Shown here in pieces: positions 25,530 through 36,053 of a stretch of DNA of 64,000 nt (its first letter is position 1; each line of letters starts with the position of its first letter). This DNA comes from Balamuthia mandrillaris. Its lineage: Eukaryota. The position numbers and the translations under genes are program-made. Location: assembly GCA_031835245.2 (NCBI GenBank), contig JAVKOQ020000029.1:1-64000 (forward strand), in the 5' to 3' direction. Under the pieces are notes generated by a model. The model did not search any database, was not told the origin of the DNA, and saw nothing but the letters and a program-made list of their open reading frames with translations.

Positions 25530-26934
25530 GAAAAAAATGAACCTTGACGCGTTGCACAAGTTCCGAGAATGGAGCACGAATAACTTCTTCGTGTCTTTTG
25601 GTTAACTCTCTAACGATAACGGCCTCATGGCTTGCCCCCCAAATCTCAGAGCAGTACTCCATCGTCTGTTCTATCCGAAATGGTGACTCAAAAACTGCGT
25701 TAAATAAAACGATAAAGAAGATGAGAAAAGAATACGAAATGACAATGACATTAAAAATGATAAGAAACCAGTCGACGTACATACTACAGTTCTATCTTGT
25801 TCTTTGAGTTTTTGGAGAAGCTCCCGCTTTTCCTTTCTGTGCTTTGGCAAGAATCCTTCAAACACAAAACGGTCTCCAGCAAAGCCCGACACGCTCAGCG
25901 CTGACACCACCGCTTTTCATTTTATGGTATACTTCAACATTGGATAGCGATGGAGAGAGATAGAGATAGAGAGAGAGAGAGAAGAATAGTTTATACACAT
26001 ACCTGAAGGTCCAGGTATTGCAAACACAGGTATCTTTTCAGCGTGTGCTTCTTTTACAAGATTAGCTCCTGGATCACTAACCACCGGTGTTCCTTATTGT
26101 AGATGAATAAAACATTAAACAGGAAGAAAAAGGAAGGAAGAAAGAAGAAAGCTAGACGAAAACAGGGAACAAAACCAGACGAAAGAACAAAGGACGAGCG
26201 GAGAAAGGAGAGAGAGGGATAGAGAGAACAGTTTATAGACAAACATACCAGAGTCAGATACGAGAGCAACAACTTTTCTTCGTGCCAGCTGAGTGAGGAT
26301 CGCTTGAAGCCGAGCCGGAGAAGAGTGACGATGATACGACACCAACTTTGGTCCAAAGGTTCGCGTCGAAGTTGCGGCACTGCTCTCTTTTACAGGAGTG
26401 CTCTTGTTTTTGTCTTTCTCTTTCTTGGTCTTGCTTGTAGATGGGGAAGGAAGCGAAGGCACGATGGAAAAGCGACGAAGCAGGCGTAACGTGATGCGAG
26501 TGTCTTCACAGCAGACAACATCGGCGTTACGCAGGACGTGATGTGCTCTTACGCTCACATCCCCCAGGTTGCCTGCTCCATTGTGGTGAGAACGAAGAGA
26601 GGAGGGCGAGGGGGAGAGAGAAGAGGGAGAGCGCACCGATGGGGGTGGCGATGACATAGAGGCCCGGTTGGAGCGTTTCGTCCTGTAGGTCCGTGTCCTC
26701 CAGCAACTGGTTCAACCGTTCGGTGACGAGCGCTTCTGCCTCCACTTTTTCCTGTTCCTCCATCTTCGCCCTGCCCTGCTGTTCATCAAAGTCGTTCTGG
26801 CAGTAACCTCTTCTTTGCTCGGTGAAAGGTGTTGTGAGTCGTGTCAGCCGAGACAGCGGCTTGGCGTTTCGAAGTGGGGTAAAGCGGCCCAACAACGGCG
26901 ACGCGGTCGATCGACACCCCCTCCTCGCCAGCAT
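25113..26934 (-). CDS. rsmI: SSU rRNA 2'-O-methyltransferase RsmI/YraL homologue with mitochondrial-type presequence; multi-exon, ends approximate
   Basis: GLYVIATPIG/NLGDVSVRA, CEDTR, VALVSDSG/TPVVSDPG, IPGPS, FEGFLP, FESPFR, RELTKRHEEV and KGEYTVVIGP. N-terminus MLARRGCRSTASPLLGRF is Arg-rich. Confidence 0.9.
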
Positions 26935-27330
26935 GATGCCTCCTTCACGTCCTGCAGCGCTTTTTTTTTTTTTACGCCCAGTCGTTTCCAATGGCTCCTC
27001 AACGGTTTTGTTGAATTTTTATGGCGTCGGTGAAGAGCAAAAAATGACTTCCAGGGATGCTACCATCCGGTGGACAAATGTTGCGGTCCGAACGTTCAGG
27101 TACGCAGTACAATCAAAACTAAGCATGTCGACAAATAACAAGAGAGGAGAAGAAAGGAAGAGAAGAGACGTCTCTTCTTTTTGTTGTTGCTTCTCCGAAG
27201 CTTCCTTGAAAGAAATAGAAGTTATTTTTGGCAGCACTTCACTTCCCCTTCTTCGCTTTTTTTTTTTTAAAATTCCACTTTAAATATCACTCATATTGTT
27301 TAGTGTTCCATTTACATTTTTTTGTTAAAC

Positions 27331-28922
27331 ATGGAACAAAAGCCGGATTACGATGACGGGGAGGTTTGTTAGTTCATTTTGATCGGTTTTATTTTTGTTC
27401 CCCTGCCTCTCAGCTGACTTGGGGCGTTTTCTGGAATAGATTTTGATGGAACCTTTTCAATACTTGTTGCAAGTGCCTGGCAAGGACATTCGGAGCAAGC
27501 TGATCAATGCGTTTAACCTTTGGTTGCAGATCCCGGAACCCTCTTTGGAGCAGATCAAAACCATCGTGTCAATGCTGCACAATTCCAGTCTTCTGTAAGT
27601 CACTCCGCTCTTCTCTCATATCTTCACTCTCGTCTCTCCTCCTCTCTTTTCTTTCTCGCTTGTCGCTCCTCTCCTTTCTTCTCTCTCTTCTCTTTGTTCT
27701 CTGCGTCTCTGACTTAGCTGTCTATTGATAGCATCGATGACATTGAAGACAACTCAAAGCTCCGAAGAGGCATTCCTGGTTCGTTCTCTCTCTCTCTCTC
27801 TCTCTCTCCATCAGAATGTTCGCTCACTCACTCTTGGTTTTCAGTGGCCCATGTGGTGTATGGAGTGCCGTCCACTATCAACTGTGCCAATTATGCCTAC
27901 TTTGTTGCGTTGCAGAAGTGCTCAGAGCTGCACAACCACGAAGCAAACAGAGTCTTTCTTGGTACGTTCTGTTGTGTTTCAGTGCGTACAAAAGCGGACC
28001 ACAAAGAGACGAGTGGAAGCGAGAGAGAGAAGAGAGAAGAGAGAAGAGAGAGGAGAGAAGAGAGAAGAGAGAAGAGAGAAGAGAGAAGAGAGAAGAGAGA
28101 AGAGAGAAGAGAAGAATAAGAAGCAGAAGAGTTCAACACTTGTTATTAACAATGGCAATGAGTACAGAGGAAATGCTGCGGTTGCACCATGGCCAAGGAT
28201 ACGATATCTTTTGGCGTGATCACCAAATAGCTCCCACCGAAGAAGAGTACAAAAAAATGGTTCTTGACAGTATGTTTTGCTCCTCCTCACTTATCTTTAA
28301 TTTTTCCTTTCCGTTTTGTTTAGTTTTTTAAGAAGTATGTTGACGTTGATACGTACAACAGAGACGGGAGGTTTGTTCAGACTTGGAGTGAAGATGATGC
28401 AGTGTTTCAGCGAGGATAAGCGGGACTTTATACCTTTGGTTAACAAGTTAGCCGTTTACTTCCAAATCAGAGACGACTACATGAATCTCCAATCCACAAC
28501 GGTACCATCTTTTTGTCTCTCTTTCTACTTCTCTTCACTTCTCTCGTCTCTCTTGCTTCTCTCTTCTCTAAACACGTAACGAAATACAGATGACCGAGAA
28601 TAAAGGATTCTGCGAGGACTTAACCGAAGGCAAATACTCCTTCCCCATCATCCACAGCATACGCAGCAACCCACGAGACCACCGTCTCCCCAGCATCCTC
28701 AAGCAACGAACGACCGATCTGGAGGTCAAGCACTACGCGGTGCAGTACATGAAGCAAACCAAGTCGTTCGAGTACACTCTCAACGTCTTGAAGGAATTAT
28801 ACCACGACGTGGAGAGAGAGATTGAAAGCTTGGGAGGGAACGCGCTGCTCCAAGAGATATTGGTGTACTTGGCAAAGGACCACCTTCAACCAAAAGCAAA
28901 AGAGGGAGAAGATGGAGTGTAA
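27331..28922 (+). CDS. GGPS1: Geranylgeranyl pyrophosphate synthase (type III), multi-exon
   Basis: [44 protein letters not shown] (FARM), [17 protein letters not shown] (SARM) and [13 protein letters not shown]. Confidence 0.95.
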
Positions 28923-29071
28923 GTAAACAAAAACAAAAACCCTGAAGACAACAACGAACATCTTTTGTATAAAAAGTTACAACAGAAAAAAAGAATGAAC
29001 CGTCTTTCTTTTTTTTTTTTAATAATAATGTGATGTTATTTTAAAATGAACACGTGGGACTATAGTGAAAG

Positions 29072-29437
29072 TTACTTTGCGGCACAATCGAAACACCACG
29101 GCTTGTCCCCTTTGGGCAAGAACTTTTCCTTCTTGGAGATGACCCTGTTGCAATCGCAGCAACGGAAGCATTGTTCGTGGTAAACCATGCTCACAAAGGC
29201 TGTTACACCGGCCGTATCCACCACCTTGCCGCACGCTTAAGAACACAAAAGGTTAGTACCGAGGCTTAATAAGAGATGCACCCGGAGGAGAGAAGGAGGT
29301 AGAGAAGAAAGAGAAGTGGGTAGCACGCACCAGCACAGAAAGCACCCTTTTGGGTTGCAAGGCATGACTTACAACGAAGTTGCCCTTGAAAAGCGATTAT
29401 AAACGAGGAAGACAGCGCAGAGCGAGAGGGAGGGAGG

Positions 29438-29491
<54 letters not shown>

Positions 29492-30466
29492 ACCATCTTC
29501 GAATGTAAATTTGATGCCTCCGAGGTGAGTGGAGCATACAGTACAAACAAAGCACGCCTTATGGTAACTCTTCCCCTCAAAGTTATAGCCGTCCGAGTTC
29601 ACTATCGGAGTGAAGCAAGAACTGCAATTCTTCGAGACGAGAACCTTGAGCGGGCCACAAGTGCCGCAACGGAAGCTGTCTCCATCGAGGCTGTACTTCC
29701 CTGCGATCGGCTTCGAGCAGACCGTGCAGGCAAAGCACGGAGGGTGGTACTTTCTTCCAAGGTGGTCCAAAGAGGCCTTGCCAACGACGTTCTTCTTGCA
29801 TTTGGTGCACGGACCAAATCCTTCGTCTTCTTCCTCCTCTTCCTCCTCTTCCTCCTCCTCTTCTTCTATGATTTCTTCAATGATCTCCTCTACTATGATT
29901 CTATCTCCCTTCATTGGGGACGAAGCTCCAATGTGTTCCTGTTCTTGTTCATTTTTCTTGCGTACTTCCAGGGGAGAGTTCTCCCTTTGTTGGAAAGAGG
30001 AGGCGTTTGGTCTTGGTTGGTTTTGTTGTTGTCGCTTTGCAGTAGGTGACACTGGGGAAGGTACAGTACTTTGTGGTTCGACGGGAGAGCTTTGAGGGGT
30101 TGTCGGTGCCGTTGAAACTTTGTTGCATTCCTTGTTTTCTTCCAACGTCTCAAAAGCTTTCAGCCGATTGCTCGTCCCTCCAAAGGAAGCTCTTCCCACG
30201 GTGTTGAATTTGTTGGTGGTTGGAGCAGCGTTGCCTCGTTTTTGGTCTGATGTGTCTTGTTGTGGCTGTTGGAAAGCTGCCATACGAGACGCTATAGCAC
30301 TGCCTCCAACTCTCATTGAACCAAAGTTATTCGTTGTGTTGGGCCGACTTGCAGAAGGTTGACATATCACGCTCCCTCCGGCCAATGGCTTGCAGATGTT
30401 ACCGCAACTGGGGCAGAACCTCGCCCGGTCAGAGGTAACTTTTGTGTTGCACGCCGTGCACTGCAT
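29072..30466 (-). CDS. LIM-domain protein (3 LIM domains) with N-terminal zinc ribbon, 3 exons
   Basis: N-terminal CTAC..FCPSCG and three C-x2-C..H-x2-CFxC-x2-C..C-x2-C arrays. The last exon ends WCFDCAAK*. Confidence 0.88.
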
Positions 30467-31151
30467 CTTTGTTAACTTCTTTCCAAACATACAATAGTTT
30501 AGAAGATACCAACTTGGTTGCGAGAAGCAAAGGAAACCTACCGCCAAAAGAAGCACTCCCGCCAAAGATGCACTCCCGCCAAAGAGTTCTCCTATTTATC
30601 TATTTTTTCGATATATTCTTTTTATTGCTGTTTGCTCAAGCGGCGCAACATCTCCTTTTATGGCATCAGGGTCATTTTATGGAAACGTTTTTTATGATAT
30701 TTTTTTTTGTTTCTTTCGTTTCTCTTCCTGTTTCTCTCCGAGTTGCTAGAAAAGCAACCACTCCATTTCCTTTCGGTGTGGAGCAGAGAGAAAACCACCA
30801 ACATCAGATGAAAAGCCCAAATAGGGGCGAAGGGAGATAACAGGCGGGGCCATTCCTCGAAACTTCATATATAGGGGAGAGACGCGTTTCCTCCTTCATT
30901 CCTTTCGGCGTGAATTTCATATGTTCTTTACGAAACGGCTCTCATGAAAGGCGTTGATTGGTCAACATTACACGAAACCCGTTGTAATGCTTCCTCAATG
31001 GCCCGGCAACCTCCCACATAAATAACGTCCTTCATCTGGGCTGCTTCTTCTTTCTTGCTTTAACATAACCTTTACGTTAACACACAATACACATTAAACC
31101 TCTTCAAAGAAGGAGAACAAGAAAATAGAAGTTTTTTTTAAAAGAACGAAA

Positions 31152-32054
31152 ATGAAGACGACGTACTTGTTAGTGATAGCAGTGACGCTCCTCTGCGCAA
31201 CGACCTCGGTGCTCTCCCAGGAGAGCTGCTCCATCAAGTTCTTCCACGCCCTCGCCAACGGACCCAACGTCGACCTGCTCCTCGTCCCCGCCGAAGGCGA
31301 ACCCCCCGCTGAACCTTTGGCAACGGACCTCTCTCCTGGAACCAGCCAGGTCATCGATGGAATCCCCTGCACGGGACAAACCCTGAGAGTCCTCCCCACA
31401 GGAGCAGCCGAAGGGGAAGCCCCTCTTCTGGAAGAGCCTCTAACCCTCTCCGTGGCGGATGGTGGCATCATCAACTACATCGTGGCGGCTGGCATTGTGG
31501 ACGGGACGGACGAGGCCACTGCCCCTCGATTGTTGCACCAGGAGGTCGTCGCGATGACCCCACAGGAGGCAGGCACCGTCAGCGTTGGCTTTTGGCACGT
31601 GGCCCCTGCCGTGACGCCCTCCCCGGTCACCCTGCAGGTGTTCGTGGATGAGACGCCTTCTCAGGAGGGTGGCATCAACGTGGAGCTCTTCCAGAGGACC
31701 CCTGAGAACCAGAACATACCCTCCGCCTCAGCCGTGCGGGTCGAGGTCTTGGACGACCAGCAACAGCAGCTGTTGAACGAGACGTTGGACGTGCTGGCCA
31801 TGGATGGTGGCAGCTTCACCGTGTTCCTGGCCGGAGCGGAGGCCATGCAGCTGTTCGTGGAGAGGGACGAGGCCCCTGCCTCCTCCGGCGGAAGCCAGAG
31901 CATGAGCAACGACGACTTCTTCGACGGAGCCACCAGCTTTGATGGGGATGATGTCGTGCCTCCTCCTGAGGAAGAGTCCTCCTCCGCGGCTCCTCCTCCG
32001 CCTGCCTCCTCCGCTGCCTCTCTCGACAGCCTTCTCTTGCAACTGCTTGCCTAA
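31152..32054 (+). CDS. Secreted protein with one DUF4397-like module, intronless
   Basis: Signal peptide, CSIKFFHALANGPNVDL, INYIV, GFWHVAP, FTVFLAG and a Ser/Ala-hydrophobic C-terminus. Visible paralog of 11353-17781. Confidence 0.85.
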   Translation: MKTTYLLVIAVTLLCATTSVLSQESCSIKFFHALANGPNVDLLLVPAEGEPPAEPLATDLSPGTSQVIDGIPCTGQTLRVLPTGAAEGEAPLLEEPLTLSVADGGIINYIVAAGIVDGTDEATAPRLLHQEVVAMTPQEAGTVSVGFWHVAPAVTPSPVTLQVFVDETPSQEGGINVELFQRTPENQNIPSASAVRVEVLDDQQQQLLNETLDVLAMDGGSFTVFLAGAEAMQLFVERDEAPASSGGSQSMSNDDFFDGATSFDGDDVVPPPEEESSSAAPPPPASSAASLDSLLLQLLA

Positions 32055-32700
32055 CCAGAGGTGAGAGAAGAGTTATTATTATTCCACGAAGAATAATGTA
32101 TGAAACCAAAAAAAAAAAAGTTTTTCTGACCTTTCATTAAAAAGAAAAACATGTTTTAAAAAAAACAAAACATAAATAAAAAAAAATGTTTACAAAAAAC
32201 AAAAGAGAGAATGTGGAACCTTTCAGATTTCTGTGTCATCCAAGTCAGTCTTCTCTGTCGCCGTGGAGAGTGAGCCAAGTGTTGGCTCCCTTCAACAAAC
32301 TCCACCTTTTCATTTTCGTTCAACAAAAAAAAAATGTCAAAAATAAAAATAAAAAATAAAAAATAAAAAATAAAAATAAAAATAAAAATAAAATAAAAAT
32401 AAAAACGTTTAAAAAAATAATTAAAACAATTGTCGAAAAGGGTTGAAAAAAATGAAGTGGAAGGGAGAGAGTTTCAGCCGAATATTTACCGATTCAACCT
32501 GTCTTCACTCCGTGTTGCCTGTGATATTTCTGCTTGCTCTCCCTTGCAGCAGCCAAGTATGAACCGTTCGAGGAGGGAGCTCCTCCCTTCCCGGCAGCGC
32601 TAATATTGGCGAGCGGCCAATCGTTTCCCTTCTCTCCCTCTATTTTCTACGTCTCTTCACTCAATCTCTCGGATGGGGCGGTGGACCTCCTCCCGCCCTT

Positions 32701-32707
32701 TATAAAT
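32701..32707 (+). promoter_or_regulatory. Putative TATA box of the 32995 gene
   Basis: TATAAAT preceded by ATTGG/CCAAT and GGGCGG motifs. Confidence 0.45.
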
Positions 32708-32994
32708 GGCCTGCAAAAAACACAAAAAGCTTTCTCTCTTTTCTCATTTTTCAACAACACAAACGCTTCACACAACTCCAAACCACCACCCACCACCCAC
32801 CACCCCAACAACAAGTCAGTTTGGATAAGAAAGAAAGGCTCGCTTATTTTTTTTTTTTGTTAGACAAACAAACGAGAAGGTACCTTTTTCTCTCTCTCGG
32901 CTTCTCTTCTCTGCTCTTCGCTGTGTTTACAGGTTGTTAACCCACCACTTTTAAAAACAAAAAACGAAAAGTCAGACATCATAAAACAAGAAGC

Positions 32995-34932
32995 ATGCGA
33001 CGCACGTGGTTGATCTCGGCTCTATTAGCATTGCTGCTGGCCTTTTGCATCGCTCCCTCCGAGCAGGTGCACGAGGAGGGCGTTCATCCGGGAGACGACC
33101 ACAAGCCGCATCACGAGGAGGAGGCCATCGCAGCCGCTCCTGCCGCCAGGGATTGCCCCCTAAAGATCTTCAACGCCCTCGAGAACTTCCCCAAGGTGGA
33201 CGTCTTCGTCAACGGCCAACGCCACGCCAGGGACTTGAGCTTCGTGCACAGCGAGCACTCTCATGGGCCTTGCGGTCCCGTCGAGGTCGCCGTCGTTCTT
33301 AGCCACTACGATGATAGTTCCTCCAGTTCTTCCAGCTCGAGCGGCGGCACGCAGGAACAAGTGGCTGGCGTTCCGGTTGTTGTGGCAGATGGAGATTCCA
33401 GCTCTTCGGTTACAGCAGGAGACGTCTTCGACCTTTTGGGCACCGAAGGTGTTAACGTGAACCTGAGGAATCGCCGAGGGGATAGCAGTTCCGATGATTC
33501 CTACTCCCAGCACGACGGTCCCGCTGTGATCACCGACGCTGAGGCCATCGCCGCTGCTCCCGTCGTCGTCGATACCTCCATGGATGACTCCTCCTCCCAC
33601 AGCTTTTCTGACTACAGCGATTCGGCCTCGTATCCTTTCCCAGCGGAAAGCTCCGAGGACGGCCTCATCCTGGTGGACCGCTTCGAGTTCTCCTCCAGCC
33701 CCAACGTGGTGAACTACATCGTGCTGGCTGGTCAGGTGGGCGGCAACATCTTTGCCGACACCTCCATTCGCATTCTCTACAGGCCGGTGGTCGTCCCGCA
33801 GACCCCTCACGGCTCCACCAACCTTGCTGTCTGGCATGTCTCCCCTGCCGTGCCGGAGCCCGTTCGCTTGGAGTTGGCCCCCGCTCAGTTTGAGGATAAC
33901 GTGCTAGATCTCTATGAGCGTACGCCTGCGGACAGCTACGTTCCGATCTCCAGCGACGCCATACTGGGTGCCAACATCAATGCGGTGGCCACCGGCGAGA
34001 CAGCCTACTTCAGAGAGTTGGCTTTGCACGGAGAGTTTGATGGAGATGCCGTCACGGCGTTCATCGTTGGAGACAAGCACACTGCAGTTTACTTGGAGCC
34101 TGACCATGCGCCCAAGGCGGAGGAGGCCGCCGCTGCTGTTGTAGCCGAGGAGCAGTGCATCGTGAAGATGGTACACACCATCGAGCACGCACCCGATGTC
34201 GACATCTACTTTGACCAACAGCTCATCGCCAGCGGCTTGAAGTATGGCCAGATCGCCACTATCACCGGGGAGTTGGCCGCGCAAGCAGATTCTTCTTCGT
34301 CCTCCTCCTCCTCCTCCTCTTCCTCCTCTACCCACGATGACTATCAGTTCACCTGTGATTTCACCAAGGTGAAAGTGACGGACCACAGCCACCACAAGAA
34401 CACCTTCTTTTCGGAGAACGTGGCACTCTTCTCCGGCCGTGGTGTGGTCAACTATCTTGTGATCGCTGGAGAGCTGGGCGGTGATACTTCCACCCGTGCT
34501 CGTCTTCTCTTCTCTCCCGTGGCCTTCCCAGCACCTACCGCCGACTATGCCAGCACTGTCATTTGGAACGTGGCTCCTGTGGCTGGAGACTCTCTAGATG
34601 CAGAGCTCGTCGTGGCAGGTGCTCCTGCCGCCGGCATTGATGAGAACATTCCTCTCTTCCAGAGGTCAGAGCTCGTGACCCTGCCTTCCACCGGAGCTGC
34701 CGTGATGACTCTTGGTACTGACAGCTTGACGGAAGGCTACACCAGGAACGTTCCTCTGACCGAATATGAGAATCAGGCCGTGGTAATCTTCGCCACCGGT
34801 GGCAACAACTTGGAGGTCTTCCAGGATGTGGTAGGCACCACTCTGCCCTCTGGTGGCATCATTGTGGATGTTGATAGCGCTGCCAGTCTCGATGCCCAAC
34901 GTTCTTTCTGGCTCAACTGGATTCTTGTCTAA
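32995..34932 (+). CDS. Secreted protein with two DUF4397-like modules, intronless CDS
   Basis: Signal peptide, CPLKIFNALENFPKVDVFVNG and CIVKMVHTIEHAPDVDIYFD, VNYIV/VNYLV, VWHVSP/IWNVAP, and a hydrophobic C-terminus. Confidence 0.85.
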   Translation: MRRTWLISALLALLLAFCIAPSEQVHEEGVHPGDDHKPHHEEEAIAAAPAARDCPLKIFNALENFPKVDVFVNGQRHARDLSFVHSEHSHGPCGPVEVAVVLSHYDDSSSSSSSSSGGTQEQVAGVPVVVADGDSSSSVTAGDVFDLLGTEGVNVNLRNRRGDSSSDDSYSQHDGPAVITDAEAIAAAPVVVDTSMDDSSSHSFSDYSDSASYPFPAESSEDGLILVDRFEFSSSPNVVNYIVLAGQVGGNIFADTSIRILYRPVVVPQTPHGSTNLAVWHVSPAVPEPVRLELAPAQFEDNVLDLYERTPADSYVPISSDAILGANINAVATGETAYFRELALHGEFDGDAVTAFIVGDKHTAVYLEPDHAPKAEEAAAAVVAEEQCIVKMVHTIEHAPDVDIYFDQQLIASGLKYGQIATITGELAAQADSSSSSSSSSSSSSTHDDYQFTCDFTKVKVTDHSHHKNTFFSENVALFSGRGVVNYLVIAGELGGDTSTRARLLFSPVAFPAPTADYASTVIWNVAPVAGDSLDAELVVAGAPAAGIDENIPLFQRSELVTLPSTGAAVMTLGTDSLTEGYTRNVPLTEYENQAVVIFATGGNNLEVFQDVVGTTLPSGGIIVDVDSAASLDAQRSFWLNWILV

Positions 34933-35190
34933 AGGACCCTGCGTGTGCATATGTGATGTGGGATAGAGAAGGAGAAGTTAGAGATATTTTTTTCACACTG
35001 TGCATAGCCCCAAAAAAAAAAATTAATAATAGGCCAAAGGAAGAGTCTTGGCGTACTTTTCAAAAAAAAAAACTTAGTGTTGTTCCTGTTGTTGTCTTTG
35101 TTGTGTTTGTTTGTTGTGTTGTTTAATCCTCATCATACAAAAGAAGAAAGGAGGAAAGAAAGGAGAGAAGAGGAGGTTAAGCCAGTCGCT

Positions 35191-35661
35191 TCACTTGTGG
35201 CTCATCTTCTTCATCCACTCGACAACTTCTCCTGCATTCCATCGAGCCTCCCACCGCTCTTGACAAAGATCTTGTACCAACTGTTCCACCGCTTCTCGTT
35301 GCTGGTTCGTCATCTGCCATCCCTCTCCTTTCTCATCGTCTAACCGGAAAAGTTCTCGCAAAAGAAGACCGAAACTGTACATGTCTGAAGAAGCGTGAAA
35401 GATGCCTTTGGCTTTGCATTCAGGAGCAAGACAGTCAAAGGAAGAAGTTGTATTCTCGCAAGTTGGGTTTTGAAGTCGTTGAAGGTGCAGAGCACGAAGG
35501 GAGCGAGAGAGTGTGGTACCACCAATAAAATCATCACCCCACCATTCTCCCTTTGGGCCGTAGCTTAAAAAGTTGCTGTGACCAAAGCCTGAGAGTTTTA
35601 CCGTTAACTTATCGTCCATAATCTTTTGTTTTTTATGTCTTTGAGTAAGCTAAAATTATTG

Positions 35662-35692
<31 letters not shown>

Positions 35693-36012
35693 CGACCAGA
35701 ATATTCCTGGAGTGAAGGGCATTATGAATGATATCTACTCCTCCTTGAGTGCGTTTGCTGGAATCATGAAGCTCTTCCAAGGCTTGTGCTATTTGGTAGG
35801 CGATGAACATGCGCTCATCAAAGGAGAGCTGCAGCGATGAAGAGGTAGCAGAAGGTTCTTTGGATGGATAAAGAACATCGTGGAGGCTGCATATGGCGAG
35901 CTCAGAAATAATGGCGAGATAAGAAAGAGTAACTGAAGCCCCAACAAAGTATAGTGTTTGGTCCTTGAACAAGTGTTTTCTCTTGAGATAACTGTACGAA
36001 AAAAGAATCGTT

Positions 36013-36053
<41 letters not shown>

